64,000 nt of DNA from Octopus sinensis (taxonomy: Eukaryota): assembly GCF_006345805.1 (NCBI RefSeq), contig NC_043008.1, positions 21,142,001-21,206,000 of the forward strand. Reading direction: 5' to 3'. The translations under genes and the position numbers were made by a program. Below, piece after piece: positions 23,745-36,899 of the stretch. Position 1 is the stretch's first letter; every line of letters begins with the position of its first letter. A model generated the notes under the pieces. That model made no database searches. It was not told the origin of the DNA and saw nothing but the letters and a program-made list of their open reading frames with translations.

Positions 23745-24155
23745 TACTCTTTTACTCTTTTACTTGTTTCAGTCATTTGACTGTGGCCATGCTGGAGCAC
23801 CGCCTTTTTTAGTTGAGCAAGTCGACCCCGGGACTTATTCTTTGTAAGCCCAGTACTTATTCTATCGGTCTCTTTTTGCCGAACCGCTAAGTGACGGGGA
23901 CGTAAACACACCAGCATCGGTTGTCAAGCAATGCTAGGGAGACAAACAGACGCAAACATATACATACACATACATATATATACATATATACGACAGGCTT
24001 CTTTCAGTTTCCGTCTACCAAATCCACTCACAAGGCATTGGTCGGCCCGGGGCTATAGCAGAAGACACTTGCCCAAGATGCCACGCAGTGGGACTGAACC
24101 CAGAACCATGTGGTTGGTTAGCAAGCTACTTACCACACAGCCACTCCTGTGCCTA
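23745..24155 (-). mobile_element. SINE family A, full length
   Basis: Match to 1640-2048. Confidence 0.9.
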
Positions 24156-25124
24156 TATTGTACACTGAGGTCAATGTAATCAATCTACCACTCCCCCCAA
24201 AACTGCTTGCCTTGTGCCAAAATTTGAAACTAACTTTTGGTTGACACAACTTGCACGAAATTTTAAAATCATATTGAGTGCACAAACTTTGATTTTTATA
24301 TCGAATGAATTGTTGATGGTTCAAAAGCTGAAGTTATCAACTTCTAAATGGCTCAAAAACTTGGTGGTTTTTTCTTCTATGACTAATCAGGTTGTTGGCC
24401 AATACACTAGGAAAAGATATTATAGTTTTTCCCCGTTCTGTTTTTATGTTGACTCACAAAAATCTGTCTTTGAGTTGTCAGGTTGTCTATTGGAAAAATT
24501 TCTATTTGCATGACAAATATGATATCTTTCATGTGATATTTTTTTTATCAACTCTGTTATCATGACAGTGGAACAAAGCAAAAACTTCTTCATAGAAGGA
24601 AATGAGATAACAAGCTGGACACAGCAGACATTTTTATGTTTGGCAAGCTGTCAATATCTTATATATCTTAATATGGTTAATGAGATTATAATTTTCCAGA
24701 GAATGAACCTCATCTTTGGCAAATAAGAGTTTTAAAAATATTTTCACCAAACACTACATTTCATTTGGTTTGTTCTCTGCTGTTTTATTCCTGGATGTGA
24801 ACATTCTGTATTCTCTGGCAAACAAGTCGATGAAGTATATAGTATAAACATACATACAGTGTAAATATTCAAACATTGTCATTATCTTTCCAAATTCTGT
24901 TGTGTATGTGGAATGTTTGGTCCTACAAAGCAGTCTTTTTGTATGAGGTGACTTATACTCTTTTGGCTGTAAATTTTTTTCTGAAAGATTTGTGTGCTGA
25001 AAAATTGTTGAGTACAAGACAAGGTTGAAAGTAGCAACCATTATTTCTAAACCAAAGTAATAATACCTCTTACCTGTGAGGCCATTGACACGTTTGTCTT
25101 TCATCTTTTAGTTTTTAATTGTTT

Positions 25125-25545
25125 CCTATTTCTTTACTGCCCACAAGGGGCTACACAGAGAGGGGACAAACAAGGACAGACAAACGGATTAAGTCGATTA
25201 TATCGACACCAGTGCATAACTGGTACTGATTTAATCGACCTTGAAAGGATGAAAGGCAAAGTGGACCTTGGCGGAATTTGAACTCAGAACGTAGTGGCAG
25301 ATGAAATACCTATTTCTTTATTACCCACAAGGGGCTAAACACAGAGGGGACAAACAAGGACAGACATAGGTATTAAGTCAATTATATCGATCCCAGTGCG
25401 TAACTGGTACTTATTTAATCGACTCCGAAAGGATGAAAGGCAAAGTGGACCCCGGCAGAATTTGAACTCAGAACGTAGCGGCAGACGAAATACCGCTAAG
25501 CATTTTGCCCGGCGTGCTAACGTTTCTGCCAGGTCACCACCATTT
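25125..25545 (-). mobile_element. SINE family B tandem dimer
   Basis: Two head-to-tail units joined at GAAATAC|CTATTTC (about 25310). Confidence 0.9.
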
Positions 25546-25957
25546 TTAATTGTTTCTGTCATTGGACTGAGGTCATACTGGAGCACTGCCTTGAAGGGAT
25601 TTTTGTCAAACAAATCAACGCAATACTTTTTCTTTTTTAAAAGTCAGGTACTTTTTCCATTGGTGTATTCTGCTGAACCAGTAAATTACAGGGATGTAAA
25701 CAAACCAACATCAGTTGTCAAACGCTGGTCGAGGACAAACACAAACACAGAGTTATGGCTTTTTAGTTTCTCATCTGAAGTCTTGCCATGGACCAATAAA
25801 ACAAAGAAACAGTAAAGCACTGGACTTGACTTGTCAATTTTCTATTCTAAATTATGTTTTTGTTAAGACAAAAATAATTAGTATTATATTAGAAAATATT
25901 ACAAAGTTTTAGAAACTTTTATTTAAAACTCATAAACTTTTACTGTCTTAATTTCAG

Positions 25958-26084
25958 ATTTCACAAGAGATATAGAGTTGACTAATTTGTCTGTGAAAAG
26001 ATTACAAGAGTCAGTTTCCCAAATTGATGAAGATACGAAGCGAGTTCACAAACAGTACACACTGAACAGAGACAACTGTGCCAG
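25958..26084 (+). CDS. SIX6OS1: Internal coding exon of SIX6OS1/C14orf39-like gene (127 nt, phase 1 to phase 2)
   Basis: TTTCAG| ... |GTAATG; encodes xFTRDIELTNLSVKRLQESVSQIDEDTKRVHKQYTLNRDNCA, aligning without gaps to recalled human KCCEDIKENKVTICRIHETINATDEEIDHYCKHSEEIKDNCR. Confidence 0.85.
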
Positions 26085-27817
26085 GTAATGTCTGAAACAC
26101 AACTTTGGCACTTTCCCCTCCTTAGCCATTCTCCGTATTACATTAGAACTGCTCTGTTCAGTCCGCGAAAACTTTCTGGAGCTAAACAATTAAAGGTAAT
26201 GAAACTGACCTTTATGAATTGCTTTTAAATGGTCAGTTAATTAACTGGGAATAAAAATAATTCTGTTTATTGATTTGTTTAATTCAAAATCTCATTAGCA
26301 GTTTAAAATGCCAGTCAGACATTCAGTTGATATATTATAACCTTTTAAAATAATTAGATGGAAGTGAAAAGGAAAGAAGACGAATGAGAGTATCAATCAA
26401 GTTGGTTGTAAGATAAATCTGATTAAAACTGACCTAATCAAGAGTTTATAATTAGCATTATATAATGCCCGTTTAATTTATTTTATGCTGAAGTACTTGC
26501 TGTTTGGATTGCTTGCAGTTAGGGGAAAGAGACTTGAATTATTTACATATTCAGCTTTTTCGTTTGTTTATCTTTCAGTGAAAACATGCTTTTAGAACTT
26601 AGAACTGTATTTCTTGCAGGAAGCAGGGCAGCCCCTCGAAGGTGGAAGGCTCTGTGAGGATTGAAAAGGAAGGGGATGATAAATTGCCGTGTTTAATTAA
26701 AATGAGATGGCTTTAAGCTTTCAAACTTACCCCGTGCCTTTATGAAGAATTATATGGATGTGACACTATTTTGCCTTCTCTTTTGTAACAGTTGCCATGT
26801 CAGTAGTAATGGGCAGTTGCTTCTAATGTTTGGACGGGGGTTAGTATTTGTCACTTTAAGAACCACTCTGGAATACAGAAAATAACAAAGAGAAAATTAA
26901 ATATGGGAAGTTCATCGTCGTTGTCGTCATCGTCGTCGTCATCATCATCATCATCGTTCAACATCCATTTTCCATGCTAGCATGGGTGGGATGGTTCCAT
27001 GAGCCAGCCAGGCTGAAACCTGCACTGGACTTCTGTGACTCTTTTGGCAGGATTTTTACAGCTGGATGTCCTTCCTAACACCAACCACTCAGCAGAATGG
27101 ACTTAGTGCTTTTTACGTGGCACAAGCACAGGTGAGGTCAGTTTTGACAAGGTTTTTACAGATGGATGCCCTTCCAAACACCAACCACTTTACAGTGTAG
27201 ACTGGATACTTTTAAGTGGCACCTGCACTGACAGGGTCACCAAGTACTTGCAAAACAAAACAGAACTTTTAAGAAATTATATATCACTATTATGAGAATG
27301 AATAAGGGGGTGAGCTGGCAGAATTGTTAGCACACGAGGCAAAGTGCTTAGCAGCATTTCGTCTTGTCTCTACATTCTGAGTTCAAATACCATCAAGGGT
27401 GACTTTGCTTTTATCCTTTTGGTCGATAAAATATATTCTGGTTGAGCACTAAGGTCAATGTAGTTGACCTACCTCCTCCGCTGAAATTGGCGGCCTTGTG
27501 CCAAAATACGAAACCAGTGTTATGAGAATAAATCAGTTGTAAATACTAAGATGAGAAATTTTAGAAAATGAATTGAGGTTAATGATAAAATTGAGCAGAA
27601 AATTAATCAATAGATTTGATGTAGGAAAATAAGAGAGAACAGTCTTGTATATTCTAGACATTACTAGCATATCCATGTCATCAAAAATGTCAAGAGTTCT
27701 GTTAATGATAGACACAGTACATCAAAACAATAGGAGATGTCAGAAACATTGGTAGGTGTCAGCAGTTGAGTAAATGTATGCATAGACACAGAATTGAAGC
27801 ACTTGACCAGATACGGT

Positions 27818-28240
27818 TACTCTTTACTCTTTTACTCTTTTACTTGTTTCAGTCATTTGACTGCGGCCATGCTGGAGCACTGCCTTTAGTCGGGCAAATC
27901 GACCCCGGGACTTATTCTTTGTAAGCCCAGTACTTATTATATCGGTCTCTTTTTGCTGAACCGCTAAGTGACGGGGACGTAAACACACCAGCATCGGTTG
28001 TCAAGCAATGCTAGGGGGACAAACACAGACACACAAACACACACACACATAGATATATATATATATACATATATACGACGGGCTTCTTTCAGTTTCCGTC
28101 TACCAAATCCACTCACAAGGCATTGGTCGGCCTGGGGCTATAGCAGAAGACACTTGCCCAAGATGCCACGCAGTGGGACTGAATCCGGAACCATGTGGTT
28201 GGTTAGCAAGCTACTTACCACACAGCCACTCCTGCGCCTA
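27818..28240 (-). mobile_element. SINE family A, full length
   Basis: Match to 1640-2048. Confidence 0.9.
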
Positions 28241-28686
28241 TTGTAATGTTGTAATGTTGTAACGTTTTGGTTGAAAATTTTATCATCCATCTCTCACTGT
28301 CAATCACTCCCACTCTGTTTGTTGTTGTTTTAGTTTCCTGTGTTTCAAATGCAAAAGACGAACAGGACAACTAAGTAGAGACGTTACAGCAGCAGAGTGG
28401 AAATGCTTATGAGACAAATGCAAAAACTAAACAAAACTACTCCAGCGTTTGTAAAATGATTTATAGAAAGTATAAATCTTATAAACTGGACCCAATTCAA
28501 CAGCTTCAAATGCTAAGAATTTTTAGTTGAATGTATCGATCCCAGCACTTATTTCTTAAAAGCCTGGTACTTATTCTATTAGTCGCCTTTGCTGAACTGC
28601 CAAGTTACAGGGACATAAACACACTAACTCTGGTTGTCAAGTAGTGGTGAGGGGAACAAACACAGACACAAAGACACACACACACA

Positions 28687-28729
<43 letters not shown>

Positions 28730-28730
<1 letters not shown>

Positions 28731-29085
28731 ATGGCTGCCCCCTCGTTATTGAGTATGGCCATTGCACGAAGCTTAACTGCTACTGGTGCTGTGATCGAAT
28801 GTGACTTTTTAGCCCAGCTAAAGATCTACAATGTCTTGTACAGAATTGACAGCTAAAACCTTTACTGGTAATAGCTGGCTATAGTTGTGACTGGGCTTCA
28901 TGTACTTTTGCATGTCGCTTAAGTCCTCCTGCCGAATTACACTCTCTTCCACATGCCTAACAGATATGATTAGTATGGTGTGTTACACCACCACCAGTGG
29001 CCAGGTTGTCACTTATCTGTCTCGTTTTATGACTACGAAGATGACGCTTGATGCACAGACATTGCATGTCAGCATCAAAGGAAGT
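28730..29085 (-). mobile_element. RTE-clade LINE 3' end with two C2H2 zinc fingers, nested in the microsatellite of a family A SINE (28520-29272)
   Basis: Minus strand HIC*ACGRECNSAGGLKRHAKVH...FSCQFCTRHCRSLAGLKSHIRSQH*; (TA)n on both sides. Confidence 0.8.
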
Positions 29086-31145
29086 ATATATATATATATA
29101 TATACATACGACGGGCTTCTTTCAGTTTCTATCTACAAAATCCACTCACAAGGCTTTGGTCAGCCCAACGCTATAGTAGAAGACATTGTCCAAGTTGCCA
29201 CGCACTGAGACTGAACCTGGGACCATGTGGTTGGGAAGCAAGCTTCTTACCACACAGCCATGCCTGCACCTATACATGCATATATTGATATTTCATGGAA
29301 ATTATGGCGCACATTGTAAATTTCTTGTTTCAGTATTATACATTTCTCTCTCAGGTCCATGAATATCTATTCCCGTCTCAGGTCCTATCTCCATCATATT
29401 CTCTCTCTTCTCTCTATCTCTCTCCTGTATCTATTTGTGATATATATCATTCTTCTTCCATATCTGTTGTAGTCTCTTATATGAGGAATATGATGTACCT
29501 TATGCAAATTTTGAATCGATTCTTCCTTCCCCATTACAAATCCTGATATCTTCTTGTTGGAACTAGTATTTATCAGTTGAACGCGTTTATTATTAGCAAC
29601 TTCAATGGAATACAGTGATGTCCATATCCATTTGACAGTTAATGCGCTTTGTCCAATCCCGTGCTGTGCAAATAACTGTATTGCATTGGTAACTTAATAG
29701 AATCTAGTCCGTTGCTTCAGTTCCTTTCCAATGGCTTAATAAATTATATTCCTTCTCCAGAGTAATCAATTAATAATGAGTATCTTCACTATCTTCTTTC
29801 TTTGATTTGACTTGATGCTGATAGAACTGGTTGAATCAGAGACATGCTTGAAGGTTCCTAATCAGCACTGCGAGATAATAAAACATTAAATTTCTTTTGG
29901 TTCTTGCTGTTTACAGTTGGAAACCTTACTATCACCCATGGTGCATATTTACAGCTTTGTGTACTGAGCCAATGAAAGATGATTTGATTTTTTTTTTGTT
30001 TTTTGTCACAGACATGGTGCAACACTTATAAAAAAGAATGTTCAGCTAATATTCAGGATTAGCAGACTATAGTCTGTGGGCCAAATCCAACACACAGCTT
30101 TATTTCGCTTCATTGAGCTTGTGATGTTGCATACAGAATTTTTTGTGTTCAATATAAATGTTTAGTCGGTGAGCAATAAAATTTAGTATCAGTAAAAGGT
30201 CTAATTTTCTCACTGGCATCAAATTACGTGTTTCATATTCATCCTTACTGTGTACGAACTGAGTGTATTCAGTTCCATGCATGTGCACTTGGGACAGGGG
30301 AACCATACTCTCTTTTACTTGTTTCAGTCATTTGACTGTGGCCACTAAAATAAATACCAGTTAAGTACTGGGGTCGATATAATTGACTTACTTTCTCCCT
30401 CTGAACTTGCTGGCCTTGTGCCAAATTTTGAAGCCAATATCATAATGGCCAACAAAACAATATAAGCCAATAAAAGTCTGTACATTTCATTAGAATAAGA
30501 CATTTATCTGCACATAAAATTACTTTCCTTTTTTATTGCTTATAATAACACTGATTTTCCCATCAAGTTTGCATAAAGAACAAAGTTAAAAGGATTACAA
30601 ATTGTTCTAAAGTGAATACTTTAAAAGATTTATGGAAACAATATTGATTTGGTAAAAAGAGGTGACTTATTGCTCTTTTATTTTTGATATGATTCATCTG
30701 AATAATTTGTTAGGGGAATTAAATTTGCATGGCTGTGTAGTTAACAAAAAATAAGCTTTGCAGTTACGTGGTCTTAATTTCAGTCTTGCTCTCTGGAACT
30801 TGGAACAAATATTTTGTATTATTGCTTTGAGCTGACCAAACCCTTGGGAGCAGAATTATTAGAAGCAAACTGCATTGAGACCCATTGTATATTTATGTAT
30901 TATATATATATATAGGATTCGAGCGAGGTTGTTGCCAGTACCGCCTGACTGGACCCCATGCCGGTGGCACGTAAAAAGCACCCACTACACTCTCGGAGTG
31001 GTTGGCATTAGGAAGGGCATCCAACTGTAGAAACTCTGCCAAATCAAGATTGGAGACTGGTGCAACCATCTGGTTCGCCAGCCCTCAGTCAAAATCGTCC
31101 AACCCATGCTAGCATGGAAAGCAGACATTAAACGATGATGATGAT

Positions 31146-31787
31146 GATATATATATATTGAGGTTATGAGAGGTAATGGTGTCAAGAAGACCCAAAGGTG
31201 TCAGGTAATACTGAGTAAGTGCTATGGACAGACTATAGTTAAGATCCAGGTTCGGTGATTATGCGAATGAGGAGTCCAACATAGGTCATACATCAGCATG
31301 CGTTTATATAAAAATATTTTAACAGAGTGAGATAAAAATCCAAGGCAGTGAAAGATTTTAGAACATTTAAAAAGAGGTCTTACAGCTGTTTCCGGGATAT
31401 TTTATAGATCCCTTCATCGGAGATGGTGTGAGAAAATGGTTAAGCAATAGTTATTCTAGAAAAGATATGAAATAGAGAGGGTAGTGGAGGAATGAAAATA
31501 GATGTGAGATATGCAGGGATATTGTATCTGCAGTTCCATAATTTAAGCAGAATTGTATACATATAAGTTTCCTGTACCTTGTGTGAATGACCAATTTTAA
31601 ATACTATTGGAACTTACACACAAGGTACAGGAATCTTATATGTATACTATTCTATCTAAATAATGGAACTGAAGATACAATATCCCTGCATATCTCACAT
31701 TCTATTTTCATTCCTCCACTTCACTCTCTATTTCATATTTTCTCTAGAATAACTATTGCTTAACCATTTTCTCACACTCTCTCCAAT
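31146..31787 (-). mobile_element. Fold-back Penelope-like element with hammerhead
   Basis: ~175-bp inverted arms spanning 31416-31787; hammerhead at 31378-31423; ~230-nt tail ending in (TA)n. Confidence 0.8.
31378..31423 (-). ncRNA. Type I hammerhead ribozyme (U4C core variant)
   Basis: TCT-CCGATGA-A-GGGAT-(9 nt)-ATCCC-G-GAAA-CAGCTG-TA^AGA; palindromic ACAGCTGT stem III. Confidence 0.8.
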
Positions 31788-31799
31788 TTGACCTCTTTG

Positions 31800-32011
31800 A
31801 AAGTTCAATAGATCTGTCATTCAAATGAATTTTAATTTCCTTTTTCTGATGATATCTGAAAAGAAACAGCAATTTTAGCAAAACATATTAAGCAACACTA
31901 ATAATAAATCAAAAAACATAAAAGTAAACAGGCTTTTGACGGTTTTATAAATATTTCAAAATTATGATACTGTGATGCTAGATGTTTCCATTATTTTGTT
32001 CAGCCCCTGTA
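31800..32011. mobile_element. Tc1-like MITE remnant (one TIR)
   Basis: Minus strand TA|CAGGGGCTGAACAAAATAATGGAAACA resembles a Tc1 terminus; partner TIR not found. Confidence 0.5.
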
Positions 32012-32337
32012 TATGTGTATACATGAAAGTTGTTGCTTCTGTTTCTTGCATGTGTTCATCTGAGCACCAAATTGTGTTGTGTTTATTTTCCACTTGAACA
32101 GTATGATCTTTAGCTCTGTGCTCTTGAAGTAGGGAAACGAATAATCCTTTACTTGTAAAACTGCAAAGAGCCAATGCCAGAAAGAACATCCAGTAATGAA
32201 AATATTGCCTGAAATAATTTTACGTTCAACCTATGCTAGCATAAAAAAAATACAAATGGGTATAAAACAAATGAATGGGTCCGCTCATACAAGTTTTATT
32301 TTATGAAACTTTCAGGTTTTCTCTAATTTTATTTCAG

Positions 32338-32427
32338 CCTGAAGAAAACAACCAAACTTCTTGCTGATCATGAAGATTCACTTCAGAAAAAACTTGAAGC
32401 CAATAACGAAAAATACAGCGATGAGAT
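32338..32427 (+). CDS. SIX6OS1: Internal coding exon of SIX6OS1-like gene (90 nt, phase 2 to phase 2)
   Basis: TTTCAG| ... |GTTAGT; in frame with the previous exon: SLKKTTKLLADHEDSLQKKLEANNEKYSDEM vs recalled human NWKPTCDVFRKHEDYMQDQF. Confidence 0.85.
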
Positions 32428-32533
32428 GTTAGTATTTAATTTTAATTATTTTTATTAGACATCGATATTCCGATACATGTTGGTTTGAGTTTCATTTTAT
32501 TCTTGTTTGATTTCTGAAGTTGTTCCTTCTTCT

Positions 32534-34140
32534 TTAACCCTTTAGTGCTCAAACTGGTCAAAACCAGCCGAGAATAATTTCCCTTTGTTTCTTTGAGCCA
32601 GCCAAATCTAGCCCTGTCTGATTTCTCAACAAAATTGCTAAAAAGAAATATAAACAAATCACATTGTTGAATTCTTGTAGCTTTGAGATAATGTAATTTA
32701 AAGCATTCCCTGCCTTTATTCAAATAAAAATATCATGAAATTTTTGAGACTTCTTGGTTTTTTCAACTTTTGAAAAGAGGTGTATATCTTAGTTTTTAAC
32801 GATATGGCATCAACAAGTAGCAATTCTGACTTTGAAGGTTTTTCTCTTGGTGCTGTACAAAATATAAATGGAAACAGCAATGATTTGTCTTTGGATGAAT
32901 CTGATATTGATATTTATGAATCTTCGTCAGATGAGGAAGATTTTGATAATGAAAGTGATAAAAATGAAAGTAATGTAAATGATATTGAAAACATTACGGC
33001 AACATAGATGAAGATTACTACATCAACCAGAATTCCTGATTTCACAGAAAAGACTAGTTCACAACACAGTCTACCTTCCGATGCTCAACCATTGGACTAT
33101 TTGTTTTTATTTTTACCGAAATGTTCTTTTGGAACTGTTGCAGAGGAGACAAATAAATATGCTCAACTGATAATTTCTATTCATGGAAGACCTGATCCAT
33201 TATGGCAGCCAACTGATACCTCAGAAATGTCAGCGTTTTTTACTATAAATATTATGTTTGGTATGAAGCAGCTTCCTCAACTGTGGAACTAATGGAGTCC
33301 TGGTATAAGGTATGGAGATCCATATATCTCCGGCATTATGTCTATCTATAGTTAATTCATATATTGTTTATGTAAAAAGCCACAAGATACCTCTGCCACC
33401 AAAAGATTACAACCATTTGAAATTTCGGGTTGATATCGCACCTCAGTTATGTGAAGGCTTTTCTTCCAGAAAGCACAGAACTGGGAGAAAAGCAAGATTA
33501 ACTGAGGTGGATGTCAACAGTGAAAATATTAATTTCCATAAAGTGGAAAAAATAAATGGAAGGAAAAAAGTTTGCAGACTATGTTCGCTGCAAAAAAAAA
33601 AACAAAACTTGCAAATGGATATCAGGTCGAGACTTCATATATGTGTTCGTTTTGTAAAGTGCATAACTGTATTTTGTTATTTGATAGTAATACTATCATA
33701 TATTCCTTTCATTTTATTACAAATAATATGTGAAAGTGAGAAAAACTCATTAATTTTCAGTATGTTACACACCTGTATTCATCTTTATCTCACCTGTTAA
33801 TTAGATTTTTTATTAGATACATTGTTATGCAAATATATTCATTAAATTAAGTATAAGAGTACCTAGCCAATGGTTTCATACTTTATTTTCAATGAAAATA
33901 TTTGAATGAAATATAGAAAAAGAATAAAATCTTGTACCGATTACACCTGTATTTTAATTAATTCAAATTAATGTACCTCATCTTAAAAAGTGCTAAAATT
34001 GTTGGTAGTTGACATCTGGGATAATTTTAGTTACAAATCAAACAGGTAAGATGCTTTAAGAATTTCAATTTTAGTATTTGTCCATAATGTTATTGCTTTT
34101 ACACCTGTTAATTAAATTTACCTGCCCATAAAAGTCAAAT
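32534..34140 (+). mobile_element. Internally deleted piggyBac (PGBD4-like) transposon
   Basis: TTAA|CCCTTTAG left end; ATG 32804, acidic N-terminus, PLDYLFLFLP...AEETNKYA...W.PTD..EM.AF; fused at about 33342 to IVNSYIVY...HLKFRVDIA..L and a Cys-rich tail; stops present; DDD core missing; repeated ACACCTGT subterminal motifs; right TIR not seen. Confidence 0.9.
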
Positions 34141-34333
34141 TTAATCAAAAAGCACCCACTACACTCTCGGAGTGGTTGGCATTAGGAGAGGCAACCAGCT
34201 GTAGAAACTCTGCCAGATCAAAATTGAAGCCTGGTGCAGCCATCTGGTTCGCCAGCCCTCAGTCAAATCGTCCAACCCATGCTAGCATGGAAAGCGGACA
34301 TTAAATGATGATGATGATGATGATGATGATGAT

Positions 34334-34630
34334 TAATAAGCCTGCTGGTTATTTGTGATACCAGTGTCTAAAAAGATGCTGGTATTCTACATATCATAGC
34401 AGCGAGATTTGACTTGTATGCAGTGACTGGTGCTTCCCACTGATGAGGTCCAGTAGACTGAAATCACATGATATTGGAATTCTGATACTCATGATAGACG
34501 ATTCTTGTGTGCTACAATCTGTGTGTGTGCTTTTATGCACCAAGCACCTATATGAGAGAATCTCTCAAGGCTAACAATGCAGTATTCAGTGTTCTAGTAA
34601 GGCATCTGTGTCAAGTTGGATATAAAGATT
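34334..34630 (+). mobile_element. Penelope-like pLTR fragment with hammerhead (34434-34479)
   Basis: TTCCCA-CTGATGA-GGTC-CAGTA-GACT-GAAA-TCACATGA-TA^TTGGAA; 3' part recurs at about 57075-57190. Confidence 0.65.
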
Positions 34631-34689
34631 TTGGTAGTAATACTACTTCTGTTGCTAATAATTATTATTATTGAGTTAAAACAATAAAG

Positions 34690-35400
34690 TAGTGAGCTGG
34701 CAGAATTGTTAGCACACCAAGCAGAATGCTTAGCACCATTTTGTCCATCTTCACATTCTGACTTCAAATTGCACCACGGTCGACTTTGCCTGTCATTCCT
34801 CTCAGGGTCGATAAATTAAATGCCAATGAAACATTGGGGTCAATAAATTAAGCACCAGTGAAACACTGGGGTCGATGTAATTGACTAGTCCCTTTCCTGC
34901 AAATTTCAGGCCTTGTGCCTTCTGTAGAAAGGGTTATTAAATGGCAGAAACGAGCTGGCAGAAACATTAGCACACCAGGCGAAATGCTTAGCCGTATTTC
35001 GTCTGCCATTACGTTCTAAGTTCAAATTCCGCTGAGGTCGACCTTGCCTTTCATCTTTTTGGGGTCGATAAATTAAGTACCATTTGTGCACTGGGGTTGA
35101 TGTAATCGACTTAATCCCTTTGTCTGTCTGTCCTTGTTTGTCCCCTCTATGTTTAGCCACTTGTGGGAAATAAAGAAATAAGAAAGGATTATTAAATTAA
35201 AGCAATAAATTAGCACCTTGCGTTGTTTGTTCTGTTTGTTTTCTTTCCTGAGTTCAAATTCCACCAAGTTCAAATCTGTCTTTCATTCCTCAGGGGCTGA
35301 TAAAGCAAAGTACCCATCGACTACTGAGATGAGGATATTAGCTAACCCTTTCTCCTCAAAAGCACTGATCATGAGCTTAAGTTATAAAAACAACTATCAT
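34690..35400 (+). mobile_element. Three tandem family B-related SINE copies
   Basis: Repeated GAGCTGGCAGAA...TTCAAATT...TTTCAT blocks. Confidence 0.8.
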
Positions 35401-36899
35401 TAACAGTAGCAGAGACTGAGACAAATAATTTTCATGCTTTGATGGAAAAAATCTAGAAAAGTAGTCTTGATATGAATGCTGTCTATCCTTATAGTATGCT
35501 TCACAAGTCCATCTTACTATCTACTTTTGAACAGCATTTCATTTCATTTTATGCTTCCATGCATCCTCTTAGAAAGTATTAACTTAAACTTCTTTATTGA
35601 CTTTTAAAATGCTTTTAAAACATTAGTTGCAGGACTGCAATCACTGACCTATGTTTCTGCATGTGGCTGATTCACTTCCACCCTTCAGAGATGCTTTGTT
35701 TTATATCAAGACCATCTGGTGTTTGGCAACCACTCTATTTGCCTTCACCGGTAATTAGAATGTTCTGCTCATGATCATAAGGTCACAAGTTCAATTCCTG
35801 AATTGGACAGCGTACTATATCCTTGAGTTCGGCATTTCATTTCATTTCATTTCACATTGCTCCTATCTACTCAGTTGTAATGTGTACCAGCTGCATGCTG
35901 GGGAAACCCTCTTTTACACCAGTTCTCACATTCTGGATGTTTTGCTGGGTCAAGGGTGAGCGAGCTGAAAAGGTAACTAGGTTTGTACATGACTACATAA
36001 AACAATAAGTGAAGTCACGGTACATGTTTCCAAACCATATTTGCTTGCATGTGACAGCTAGCTGTATTGTTTTCACATATCAGTGAACTTTGTAGAGACT
36101 AAAGAATCATATTTGGAACTTAGTTCTTTACATGAAAACCGAGACACTATTCTCTCTTGAACTTCAATCATCCTCATGGGAACATCCACAATTCCTTTTG
36201 ATATTTTACTCTCATTTTTGCTATAGAATGTTGAAGATTCTGCATAATTTTGGCAAGTCAAGCCACCAAGGATCTTGCATGGCTCCAGTTACAAAAAAAC
36301 TGTCTGGTGTTCTTTTTTTTTAAATAAAGATTCTTTTAATATTTAGTTTCTAGCATCAATTATTTATAAAGGATTGCTTTTCTCTGGAAGTATTCAACAA
36401 TGGAAATGTTTTTTAAATTATCAAGTTTTCCATGTAATTATCTGTCTCTCTGGGTATATTCTTCCTTTCCTTATTCTTTTTACCATTTATATATATATAA
36501 AAAAGGAAATATATTGTACAACCTAACAAAGTAAATATTCTATCATATTTATGCATTCGCACACAAACACACACCATTTGTTCCTTATAAAACCAATCAG
36601 TTTTTGCATATAAAATGCATCTAAATGTAAGTTTGCTTGATATATGTATTTTAGAAATAAAAGTGGTTTGATTATTGATGCTGAAAGTATTCATACCATA
36701 AAATATTTTGCAAAAACTCATCTAGAATTCTTTCCGATTCCTTCTCATCCTACTATACTTTCAAAACTCAATTTTCTTTCGAAGAACATTTCTCACAGAG
36801 TTAGATTCCAGGAAGTTTCCTTGTCATTTATTTTGAGGAATTCTGAAGGGTATTTCATTGGTTTGCACGAGCGGGGTTGGGTGGGGGTGGGGGTACCAA

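Noticed and set aside
32780-33800. Domesticated PGBD gene
   Set aside because: In-frame stops, frameshifts and loss of the catalytic core
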